64,000 bases of DNA from positions 4,913,493 through 4,977,492 of the forward strand of contig NC_068992.1 in assembly GCF_001194135.2 (NCBI RefSeq), read 5' to 3'. The notes beneath the pieces are model-generated. The model searched no databases and had not been told where the DNA came from. It saw only the letters and a list, made by a program, of their open reading frames with translations. Source of the stretch: Octopus bimaculoides. Taxonomy: Eukaryota. The position numbers were made by a program, and so were the translations under genes. Numbering within the stretch: the first letter of the stretch is position 1; each line of letters starts with the position of its first letter. Shown in pieces: positions 27,600-39,480 of the stretch.

Positions 27600-27932
27600 C
27601 ATATTTTTTGCCATCTTGGAAACGCCTAAAGCACTCGTACTGTTGTGTGCGGCTCATACACTCCTCTGCATATACTTTCTGCAACTTTGCGTATACATCT
27701 GAGCAGGAATCACCATGACAGCTTTCTATGTCATGGTCAATGCACCGATCGCACGCTACACGCCTTCCTTCCAAACAATGTTGTAAATAGCGGAAGTGAG
27801 TTAGAACGTTAAATTTTAAAGCGCACTCACTGCAGAGTTCTAGGTCAATCTGCTGCAATCGGTTTCACTCTCAGGGCTTTAGCCTCGTTTCTACGGCAAC
27901 AGTACGGATCCTTATTGATCAGATCTCGTGTA
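27600..27932 (-). mobile_element. mariner 5' fragment (terminus plus N-terminal HTH remnant)
   Basis: Minus strand starts TACACGAGATCTGATCAATAAGGATCCGTACT (mariner-like terminus). ORF segment SDVYAKLQKVYAEECMSRTQQYECFRRFQDGK matches the mariner N-terminal L..VYG.ECMSRT.V.EW.RRF..G motif. Confidence 0.7.
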
Positions 27933-27982
27933 TGTATACCGGTATGCACATATAATCACATATACCTGTGTATTATGCATTT

Positions 27983-28047
<65 letters not shown>

Positions 28048-31000
28048 TATGTGTTTATATATAAACATTCATCAGCTACCTATAGCCATTTTATTCATTA
28101 TATCGATTTAGTTTAAATTATTACAAGAAGTTGCCAGGTCGATTAATGTAAGAGATTATACCAGCATATTGGTATTCCAGTTTTTCTGTCAGAGAAATTT
28201 GTGACGCTATGCCAATGATATGTCATTGCAACGTGTATCAGGGACGCTTTGAATAGACACATAATTTTATATGGAAATGCATTTGGATGATATACACATG
28301 TTCTTTCGATTATGGATGATTTCCAAACCAATCCGAAGAAATTATTAACTCTTCGCGTTACACCTTTGTTGAATTATGTACACTGCCAAACTTTTAAATT
28401 TCCCAATTTAATCAGAGGGTGAATTATAAAGAAATGAAAACGCGCATCTATTTACCTACGTCCATCTAATTAAGTGCATCTTTCACTAACTTCCATCATA
28501 GACATTTCATTACGTCTGTAAATTATTGGAAACTTTTAAAGCCGATTATTTTTAATAAAACTTCTCAATATATATATATATAAAACTCATTCCACGTATT
28601 TCTTATTTATAACATTATTATTCAATTTACTTTAATTTTTGTTGGTAATATATCATGGAATTTAGGCAAGGTTTCTCTGAAAAAGATTAGCACGTCTAAT
28701 CGCAATTCATATACTCTCTCTAATGTGAGTCAAATTTCGATTGTGCAAGCGCTCCTTTTACATTCAGTAATGTGTTTTTCTTGTGTATCAAAATGGTGTG
28801 AAGTGATTTATTTCTATAACTGTTCATTTTAGGTAATATCTTAAATGCAACATATTGCATCTGCTTATGACAGACAAATCTACCTGATATATGAAACTTA
28901 CTTGCGGAGCCTTGGCTTTAAATAATTTCATATCATTGACTTAATCATTAAATTACAAGTTGGTTCCTTTTAGCATTATCCGAGTGTGACGTTTAATTTT
29001 AATGGAGTTACACTGTAGAAAATATGAATGTGCGATGAAAATATCATTTTCTTTAATTTATTTTGGTCTTAAGGGTAATCAACTTGTGCTCATAATATTA
29101 TTAATAATCATAAAACATTTTTTCCTCTGATACATGCTTTAAAATATCCAGAAATTCAACATCAAATACAAGTATATTCCAAATAGTAAAATGCACACAT
29201 ATATGAAAAGAGGAACGCAATGTCGAAAAATAACGTTTAAAATACCGAACCAACAAGAAATTCATTTAGATAGAATCACCAGCAAATGTCTTCAAGGCTG
29301 AAGTCCGGCTCCAACGGAGTTAAACCTCAAGAATGTTGTCCTATATATATATGCATATATATATATATATATATATATATANNNNNNNNNNNNNNNNNNN
29401 NNNNNNNNNNNNNNNNNNNNNNNNNNNNNNNNNNNNNNNNNNNNNNNNNNNNNNNNNNNNNNNNNNNNNNNNNNNNNNNNNNNNNNNNNNNNNNNNNNNN
29501 NNNNNNNNNNNNNNNNNNNNNNNNNNNNNNNNNNNNNNNNNNNNNNNNNNNNNNNNNNNNNNNNNNNNNNNNNNNNNNNNNNNNNNNNNNNNNNNNNNNN
29601 NNNNNNNNNNNNNNNNNNNNNNNNNNNNNNNNNNNNNNNNNNNNNNNNNNNNNNNNNNNNNNNNNNNNNNNNNNNNNNNNNNNNNNNNNNNNNNNNNNNN
29701 NNNNNNNNNNNNNNNNNNNNNNNNNNNNNNNNNNNNNNNNNNNNNNNNNNNNNNNNNNNNNNNNNNNNNNNNNNNNNNNNNNNNNNNNNNNNNNNNNNNN
29801 NNNNNNNNNNNNNNNNNNNNNNNNNNNNNNNNNNNNNNNNNNNNNNNNNNNNNNNNNNNNNNNNNNNNNNNNNNNNNNNNNNNNNNNNNNNNNNNNNNNN
29901 NNNNNNNNNNNNNNNNNNNNNNNNNNNNNNNNNNNNNNNNNNNNNNNNNNNNNNNNNNNNNNNNNNNNNNNNNNNNNNNNNNNNNNNNNNNNNNNNNNNN
30001 NNNNNNNNNNNNNNNNNNNNNNNNNNNNNNNNNNNNNNNNNNNNNNNNNNNNNNNNNNNNNNNNNNNNNNNNNNNNNNNNNNNNNNNNNNNNNNNNNNNN
30101 NNNNNNNNNNNNNNNNNNTAAATTATATCAATGAAATAAATAACATTTAAGCGTAAAGTATATTTTCCGATGATAATAGAAACTATATTTCACCTATAAT
30201 ATTTATTTCATGTTTCTTTCATATTTAGCATAAGAGCTACATTTCAGCAAACATTATTTTATTTATTCTGTTTTTGTAGTATCATTTACTGAATGTAATA
30301 TCTAAGTGCTTTTCTAAGCTAATCGTTTCAATGTTGATATGTATTTCATTGAGGAAGATTTAACGCATATATTCCTCAGGAGAGCGTAAATATCGTTCCA
30401 TCAATCGTAAAATGATATCTAGTTGCTGATATGGCTTACAGCACGTTTAGACATGTTATTGGCAAAGGGGATTGGATTATCGAAGAAATTGTAATGCCTG
30501 TTTATCTCAGAGAATATTTTGTGGATATTATTAGGTTGAAAAGTAGAGTACAAGGAAAAAAAAACAGCGAACGGGTAATCATGATTTATACAGTTATCGT
30601 CCCAATAAATAACGTACAATCGTTATTACAGCAGGGCTAGATTTTGGCGGTTCGTNNNNNNNNNNNNNNNNNNNNNNNNNNNNNNNATATATATATATAT
30701 ACATATATATTTGTGTGTTTGTGTATATACATATATATATATATACATACATGAATTTTTTTAAATATTTATATGGTGCATTCTAAAGAGTTTACTTAAA
30801 TGAAGTAAATATATAGTAAAACATTATACGTTGATAAATCACTACTAGATCACAAGTATTTTGCAGTTTAAAGAAATTTTCCGTATTGCATATTCTATTT
30901 AATTCGGTCAGTGCAGGTAAATGTGAAATGATTAAGATATAATATAAATATTATACGTTATAGATGCAGAACTATCAGTGAGATACTGCAAATTAGGGCA

Positions 31001-31849
31001 ACATATTAAATAGTTTTGAGAATTTAACGATTTTAGATTCTGTAATATGGAGGTTAATAATTTCGCACTTTAGAAGATGAGTTAAATTTCGTTAATTGAT
31101 ATTCATTTTCATTTCCCAGTCTCGATGTAATAAAACGCGGAGATAGAAAATGAGAGATTATATATTAAGCAAATTACAGTGATTCTTATGTGTTTGAGAT
31201 TTGGATATCAAAAGCATTTTAATATAGGTAGTACAGGCGAAACACTGAAAGGAGAGCAATGGGACACATGTATGTTGGTGATATGCTACTTTCCATTACA
31301 GAGAAAGATGTCAGGTGGCAAAGAAGGAGAAAAAGAGACTGAGAACTACAGTGAAAGAGAGGGGGGAGGAAACTGAGAGAGACACTGAGAGAGGTAGAGA
31401 AAACAGAGACAAGAGGGGAAGGGAGAGGGAGAAAGATAGAGAGAGAGAGATGTGATAATACTAACTGTTGTTTGTAGTGATTGCAGGAAATGGTAACCAG
31501 GGGAAATAAATGAGCGCTTGTGTAGCATCGGATAATAGAAGGCGAACGACTATTCCGGATTTAAATGTTGCTGTCTTTAGCTTTACATTAGCCTTGCTGA
31601 AGTAAACTTATGATAATAGATTCACTAAAATCATATATGTTACTGTTACACTGGAATATGCTTTGTCATCCAAGTAATGTAACACATTTCATTATATTAG
31701 ATGGCGATTCCACGAATTGTTTTGAAGTCAGGTAATAATTTAAATGGTATTTCTTCTCTGTCTCTGATCTCAATGTGCAGCATTCGTTATTTTCTCCACG
31801 AAAGAATGGTTTATTCCGAAACACACATACACGCATATATATATGTATA

Positions 31850-31948
31850 GGCTTTGTTACTTCCTGAGCATTAAACTAATACATTTGTTTGTTGCTTACA
31901 CACCCGTCTTCAGGTTTTCGTTTCTTTTGTTTTTTGTAAATTCCAACT
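31850..31948 (-). repeat. Interspersed repeat family F2, copy 2
   Basis: rc reads ...GTGTGTAAGCAACAAACAAATGTATTAGTTTAATGCTCAGGAAGTAACAAAGCC, matching 46085-46138. Confidence 0.7.
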
Positions 31949-32220
31949 ATATATACGTATATACTTGCTGACATACCAGGTAATTCCAAGAAAAATGGGT
32001 CTTATCTCTTGGTCCCATTCTCATAATTGTTTCGCTAATCCAAAAGCAACAATACAAAGCATGTAGCGCTTAGAACGGTTTTTCTGCATTTACAGAGAAC
32101 ATCGAAGCGTCTTATATAGGATCTGGCTTTAAGAAATCTCAGTAAGCTATGAATACCAAAATCATTAAGTCAAATACGTAATAACATGCAACTTAGTAAC
32201 CCAAAACTTGTCTTTGTTAT

Positions 32221-32640
32221 AGAGTACATCTTTAAAAAACAACGACATAACTACCAGTATAAATAAAGAAAGTGTTCATACATGTAATCAGCGTATGACT
32301 TTAATGAGGACAGTGTAGAAGACTATTGGGGAGGGGAAGAAAAAGAAATGCTTTTAAATAGGTGATTTCCCATTGGCCATTAAAGAAAAGTAAAGAGTAC
32401 ATCTTAATAAAACATTAACACAGCTATCAATATAAATTAAGAAGATATTCCTTCATGTAAACTGTGTGTGAACTTTATGAGGACAGCGCAGATTGCAATG
32501 TAATTGATAGATAAATGGCAATTTATGTCTGCTTGTGTGCTTGGATGTTACATAGAGTACATCGTTACAAAACATTAACACATCTATCAATATAACTTAA
32601 GAACATGTTCCTACATATGAGCAGGGTGTTATCTTTGTAA
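32221..32640 (+). repeat. Degenerate tandem triplication, ~160-173 bp period
   Basis: AGAGTACATC at 32221, 32394 and 32554, each followed by a similar AAAACA..AC..A.CTA.CA.TATAA.T.AAGAA block; copies 1 and 2 also share CTTTA(A)TGAGGACAG. Confidence 0.75.
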
Positions 32641-34139
32641 TGACCGAGTATTTGTCTAAAAGCAGAACAGTTCTTCATGCAACGCCTGTCAGCTGGCTGA
32701 AGTGACATGAAAGGCATAGTCATTCATGGTATATTCGTGAATATGTCACTAACCGAAATAAGTGGATTTATTGTTGAGCAAAATACTATTTACTTGCTTA
32801 AGGGTTGTTCTGGGTAAAGTGCAAAAATAACCGCAACAGTTCAAAAACTAAGAATTAAACACACTCAACTTGATTTATGAAGAAAAATGAATGGGTTATT
32901 TCCCTTGACCGCTGAAGGAAAATAGATGAGTTATACCAGGATCACTTCTCGGGGCCGTAACCGTCCAAATATAGATTTTTCTTAAACTGCAATGACCTTA
33001 GTAACAAGCTATATGTTACTTTATTATGTATTTAACATTTCACGAAGATTCATTTACAAGTGTAAACGGCGACTTGATACAAAGAAACATCCAAAGAGAC
33101 TGCCGGTTATATNNNNNNNNNNNNNNNNNNNNNNNNNNTATATATCTATATATATATATATATATCAATGTATTTGCGCAAATAGTTCTCGTCTACCAAA
33201 ACCACTGGGAAAGCTTTGACTTCACTTGCCTATATTCGAAGACGATTGTCCAAGATGCTATTCGTAGAGACTTAACCCGGAAAAATATTGTTTGTAAGCA
33301 AGCGTTTACCACACAGCGACATCTGCGCCTATATCGGTATACAGAGGACAGATTTGGCGAAATACAGAGAATATTTTGAAAATTTAAACTGTTATGATAT
33401 ATGATGATCTTAACGGCAGTGTCAGCAAACGTTTATGAGCACATAAAGAATTTTAAAATGTGTCACTGCTAATTTGTGACAGTAAAATGGGAAAAAAGAA
33501 ATGGCAATAAACATACATTGTCATAGATTTTAGTGTATGCGTTGGACAACATCTAATTGTGCAATTAATGTAATGGAGATGGATGTGGATATTAAATCAG
33601 GTTCAAAGGTGAACAGTTTTCACTGCTTTATATTTTATAAAATCGTGGAAGATTGCTTTTATGTACATCTGCGTCACATGAATAACACCTTTCGTATTCA
33701 AAATTTTAAATATATTATTTGGTTCTAAAAGCAACAAATATAGCAATGCATAAATATTTACTGACAAATTTCTAATGTGCATGCCATTAAATATACACGA
33801 AATTCCAATCTCTAATAAATGTCAGTTAGTTTTAAATATTTGATCATGCTGAGGTAGCCTGAAGCAAACCCTATCGTTATTACGTATGATACTCAGTAAG
33901 TTCTTCAAAGTGTATTTATTGAACAATGTCATTTTAGAGAAATCTTCGCAATTAATATACAGTCATGTAATAATAAATTCATCGCATGCGTAAAGTATCT
34001 AAATTAAAAGCATTATTTGTTGTTTTCTCCTAATAGACTTTTCTGAAAGATTTAGCATTAATTATTTACGATCTCTTGTGTGTATGTGTGTTCGTGTGTG
34101 TATATACGTATATATTGCATATACATGCGATATATATGT

Positions 34140-34265
<126 letters not shown>

Positions 34266-35099
34266 CTTCGGGTATTAAGATATCTACAGACGTAAATCAA
34301 TATCAAAACACATTTAGTGCTGAGGTCGAATTCGTTCATAAACTTCCATTTTAAATGCAACTACAAATGCAGCGACGTGATAGCTGCCTAACACACAGAT
34401 GGTAATAGGAAAAGATTCGATCACGCTGGTGCATGCGTAATAGAATAAAAGTTCAAAGGGTCAAAGAACAGGTATCAGCTCAGATTATGGCAAATTTATT
34501 TTCTATACAAGATATAGAGTGACAGAATACATAAGGTTTTATAAATCCGAGCAGATCAGAAAGAGTCCACAGAGGGATGGTTATAATATTAGCATTGGAT
34601 TCCAGGAATAGGCATGATTTAAGTCTTTAGTATTTAAAGAATGTTTTGTTTTCGCGATAGAAGACCATCACAGGTAAAATCTTAAAACCGAGAAGGAGAA
34701 AGTATATATACATTTACATATGTTTCAAAAATATTTGCGCAATTGGTGTAGTTTTCAGCAAGTTGTCTGCGTCTAACATTATAGTAATGCGTATTCCATC
34801 TTCAGAGAGAAAGCGGTTTGTCACTCGGTAGGAAATGAATATATATAAGGAGTGGTCGATATATGGTAGTAAAGATTGATAAATAATGGTAGATTAATTA
34901 AGGCCAGAAAATAAGGTATACAGTAGGAATGGATAAAGAAAAGCAGTTTAATTATAGTTAAAAGCTACCCCTGTGAGTACGTGCTTATGTGAGTGTATAT
35001 ATATATATATATATATAAACAATATATGAGTATATGGATATATATGTACATGTATGTATATACGTTCATCTACATGTACATATAGATACATAACTGGGT

Positions 35100-35212
35100 A
35101 CATGACGTGGCAAAAGAACAAGGACAAAATGGTAAACAAAGTGCAACAAACAAGCAGGCCACATAGAAACATCCCCTTCATCAGCTGCCACCATTAAAAC
35201 TCCGGCGTTTCG
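35100..35212. repeat. Probable interspersed repeat fragment (F3) with split hammerhead-like core motifs on the minus strand
   Basis: Minus strand: CGAAACGCCGGAGTTTTAATGGTGGCAGCTGATGAAGGGG; flanked by (TA)n. Only one copy in the window; repeat status is recalled, not shown. Confidence 0.4.
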
Positions 35213-36553
35213 ATATATATATATATATAAGCCATAGGTAAGACAAAGACAACATAACAATCGGAATCGAATACAACACAACCTGCGAAGAAGTAGACGA
35301 TAACATAACATAAGCTATAACATAAACATACACTACAGCATAACAAGCGGCAAACAGAACAGAAACAAAGAGAAAGCGAGAATTAAATACAAACAACAGA
35401 ACTCCTTTCAGCTATACAAAGCACGGAAAATAATTGTGTAGGTAAGAGAAGGTGAGAATAAGAAAATGCGTAAAGCTTAACACACAAAGGGATTATGTAG
35501 TCGTAATTAGCCTAGCAGCATTCCAACATACAATTCCCTCTGAAACAAGGAGAGGATTTCAATATATTGTTGGCTGCAGAGAGTTTGCAAGAACTACACC
35601 AATTATGCAACTATTTTTGTAACAGTTGTAAGGTGACTATACACATTCTTCTCTTTCGGTTAAAAGGATTTATTTGTGATGACCCAATTCTTCATTCTAA
35701 CTGTCATGAATATCAAGCGCTTACATAATGGCTCTTCCGGGTGTCTATTCACATACTTCGCGAAGTGGATCTGTTGTTGATCTCCTGTAATTTAAACTGC
35801 TTTATGCATTCATTTCCTTCTATGCATTGTAATTTAATACATATTTCTTTTCAGCAAAGTGCAATAAGCCAATATAATACATTATATATTTAAAGGCGAT
35901 GAGCAATATTCAATATTAATTGTGTTTAATTTTTATTCAGATATATTTTGTAATTTCTTTGCAACTCTCAAATAATTATAGGTATTATGCATATTGCCCT
36001 GCGCCTGTGTTTTGTAATTATATGTCTGTTATCAAGTAGATTTATGAAATTATGAACGAGCGTAGATTTTCCGATTGATATTACGGGAACATAGTCGCAA
36101 GTCGACGTTGCAGAAAGCAATTAATTTAGATTCAATTTTGTTGTACGGTTATAATTAGACAATACTTTCAAATATCAACATAGACATGACTAAATAACAT
36201 CGAAAACAATGCTTGGATTTTCGGAAGAACCATGTTTACTGTAGAAATTCCAAAGCATAAAAAATATTCATATTGTTTATGTCTCACTTATTTGAAATAC
36301 ATTTTACATTGCATTGTGTTATTTTAAACTAAGTTAATCTTAAATAAATGGCGCTGATTTGATCTTTGGAATTGAACTGAGCGTTATGCGACATTCAATT
36401 TCATTCAATTCGCGGGTTCGAATCTCAGAGCGGGTGAATTGCGTGTTCATGAGCGAGACATCTAAACTCCACGCGGCTCCAGGAGAAGTTAATGGCGAAC
36501 TTCTGCTGACTCTTACACCAGAACTTTCTTTCACTCTTTCTTCCTGCATCTAG

Positions 36554-36587
36554 AAGCTCACCTGCGCCGGACCGGCGTCCCATCAGG
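36554..36587 (+). other. Candidate 34-nt internal exon of an unidentified gene (all three frames open: KLTCAGPASHQ / SSPAPDRRPIR / AHLRRTGVPS)
   Basis: Branch-point-like CTGAC (36506-36510), long polypyrimidine tract CTTTCTTTCACTCTTTCTTCC, TAG acceptor (36551-36553, NAGNAG TAG-AAG), GC-rich body, donor AGG|GTGAGG (GT at 36588). No homology recognised. Confidence 0.4.
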
Positions 36588-37304
36588 GTGAGGAACCAAT
36601 GCGCCAATGAAACCGGGAAACTGGGTCATATTAGACAGCCATGGCTCGAGAAGGAACAAACAACATCAACAACAACATTTAATTACCATATATCTCATGT
36701 AATCTTTTAATCCTATTTGGATATAATTTATCATTCATTCATTATGCCGCATCAGATATATCTTCTTAAATCTTGTTCTAATCCATATCTAAATCTGATA
36801 GGAATTGCAATTAACTTTATATAAATCCAATATCTGAATAATTAAATTTTAGTTATTGGATAAACAGGTGTATCAAATTAGAGCTACGCCATATGATATA
36901 ATTTCGCTAGTTTAATATTGATAAATATTAGCAAAGCCCATGATATGAAACATTTTCTAATTGGTTTACTTTTATATAAAGTCAGAATTTTTGATCCAAT
37001 AACACATTTCCTCAAATAGATTTTAACATACAGATACATGATTATGAAGGATAGCAACTTTAGCAATGATTACGCCTTTAATTTTTCAAAGACTTGTAAT
37101 CAGAATGTCATAAACGTAGAATCTGTATCCCTTCTTGTGAATAATATTTTATACAAAGAATATTCTGTTTCGTGAATAAAACGACTGTAACGCAATCTAT
37201 TTTAGTGCTGGAAGCACGACTTTATAAATTGTTACTATATATAAAGAATACTTAGATTAATTCACAGAAATGGAACGTTTGACAGGATTCCAAACGAAAA
37301 CCAT

Positions 37305-37466
37305 TTCCTTATTTACATTTTCACGGGTATTTGTTCTCATCCTGTTTGTTGTTAACACAACGTTTCGGCTGATATACTCTCCAGCATTCATCAGGAATCT
37401 TGGGGAAATTTCGAACCTGGGTTCTCATTCCTAAAGTGTTTTTCGATGTTGTTGTTGTTGTTGTTG

Positions 37467-37520
<54 letters not shown>

Positions 37521-37592
37521 TTACTGCTTGGAATCGAACTCGGAATCTTGGTGTTAGTAGCCCCCGCTCTTAACCATTATGCCATATGCCCG
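37305..37592 (-). mobile_element. tRNA-derived SINE, family C: tRNA-like head, (AAT)n(AAC)n linker, 3' body
   Basis: Minus strand: A box TGGCATAATGG (plus 37574-37584) and B box GAGTTCGATTCC (plus 37530-37541), trinucleotide tract 37445-37516, then a unique 3' body. Cloverleaf stems are imperfect, so not a tRNA gene. Confidence 0.75.
37352..37400 (-). ncRNA. Degenerate minimal (type I, Penelope-style) hammerhead ribozyme-like motif
   Basis: Minus strand: GATTC CTGATGA AT GCTGG AGAGTATA TCAGC C GAAAC GTT GTGTT. Both conserved core boxes are present, with a 5-bp stem II and palindromic AC/GT helix III. Stem I is weak (C-G, U.U, U.G, A-U, G.U) and the stem II closing pair is mismatched. Confidence 0.45.
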
Positions 37593-39186
37593 TCTCAAGA
37601 AAAATACTGCACATGCTTTTTTTTCAAATGTTTCTTACAATGCAAGCCCCGAAATTAGGTATGATAAATATGTGTAGTTAGACAGGTAGTAAGATACACG
37701 ATATTTAATCCCAGCTCCGATTTAAAATCCAGATGAGGTTTACGTTAACCTCACATGTTTGTGTGTGATGAATACCATCAATACATGGCGTTGTATGAGA
37801 AAGAATGTAATATAATGACTTTCAATATGCTGAATGTCATTATACTGAATTTTATTTAGATTATTTTCAAGTAAGCTGAAAATATCAAGCGTGGACTATG
37901 ACGATTAGATATAATATTCATAAATTCCAGATTAATTTTGAACATGACAATTGCTTAAGATTGCTGTACTTTAAAAGAAGAAATTTAATACATAATCAAA
38001 TTTCAGTATATAAAATTTAGTCATTAGAAAAATGCTTGTAGTATACGCGTTTTATACTGAAATTATTGATTTCATTCCCGAAATTGCTTGCATAAATGTC
38101 TTTAAGTTTTACGTATAGGCAACGATTTATATGTGGTTACATTTTAATTTGAAATTGTTATAGAATAATAGTTTTTAACTCATTCATATGTAGTCATTTG
38201 CAGTCTTTGTGAACGCGATATTACGAACTGTATGCGATAAGTAGTGCTTGCTGGTTATCCTCGAATACTTTGAAAATAACACTTAATTTGCAATCTAAAT
38301 AACGCGTCGTATCAGTAATTTACGAGTTCATAATATTTGATGTGAATTATGTTTGTATAAAACCAAGAACCATACAACATATGCTATTGAAGTTGCTGAT
38401 ATTCACATAAAATATTCCTGTTTAATTGCAGATGGATTGATGGAATAATATAATTATAGAAACACAAAAAGATATCTGGAAAATAAATGCACATACCATC
38501 TTTCCGATAATCTAAGAAATATCATGCACTCACGTTCCAAACATTTCAATGCAGATTAATAGAAATTTATAGCCTATTCCTGCAATGTTATGCAAATCAA
38601 TGTTAATATCAATAACTGCAAAAACTGAAAATTACATCTATCATTTCAAGAGAAAACCATTTAATAATTTACGAGGGAAGCACAAATCATATTTCATCAT
38701 GCATATAATAGAAACCAAATGTTATGGTCGTACTTTCTATAATATCCACCTCGAGAACATATCAAGGCTGACATTTGCAATTGAATATTAGGGTTATAAC
38801 TATAGCGATATACTGAAGTGACTTTTAAAATCTTGCAAAACCTGTATACAAAACCTGCCGTGTGCAGGTTTTGCATATAGAAGTCACAACGAAATTGTAC
38901 AGTTACAGAATATAATATATTCAGTCGAACTGCACCAGCTCATAGATTCAAGGTGTTCTTCCATCTAGATATGGATATGACATGATATGATAACCATAGG
39001 ATATATTATAGGCCAAGAGATTTCGTGCTAATTACAGGACCGTGTAGAAGTCTTCGGCCAATTTAAACTATTGTAAATTTCTAGTAATTGCCAACATATA
39101 AGTGGATGCTACGCATCGCTCTTTTTGGGGATGAAACATTGGCCCTGTTGGAATAATTTCGGCCTCCTCACATCAACCCATCATGA

Positions 39187-39480
39187 TACAGTATTTTAAA
39201 ACAGAAAAATGTCTATAATGAAAATGTATTACATAATGTTCATTTCAAGAACTTACTGTACGTTGTTAATACTTCATGTAGCTTCCCTTAGCTTGTATAA
39301 TTGCTTCAGTGTGCCTCAGAAGAGATGCGTACAAATCCTTTACTATCTTCACGGGTGTGAGATTCCATTCTCTGTGGCTGAGTTCCCACAAATCTTCAAG
39401 TTTACGTGGATTCTTCTGACCAACTCTTTTCTTTAGTTCTGTCCACATTTGCACGACGATATTTAAGTCATAGCTCAGAG
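39187..39480 (-). mobile_element. Tc1-family transposon 3' fragment
   Basis: SYDLNIVVQMWTELKKRVGQKNPRKLEDLWELSHREWNLTPVKIVKDLYASLLRHTEAIIQAKGSYMKY matches the Tc1 C-terminus (SPDLNPIENLW...W..IP......L..SM.RR..AVI.AKGG.TKY); possible terminus TA-CAGT at 39187-39192. Confidence 0.85.

Noticed and set aside
33140-33380. C2H2 zinc-finger-like remnant (CKQAFTTQRHLRLY)
   Set aside because: Cys/His spacing is incomplete, there is no TGEKP linker or repeated fingers; resemblance too weak.
36562-36629. Minus-strand exon alternative (MTQFPGFIGALVPHPDGTPVRR, donor CAG|GTGAGC)
   Set aside because: The acceptor would be a rare GAG, and the donor is simply the mirror arm of the hairpin. The plus-strand model has far better acceptor signals. 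Not fully excluded.
37517-37592. tRNA gene
   Set aside because: A and B boxes are present, but acceptor and anticodon stems do not pair and it is joined to a microsatellite and SINE body.
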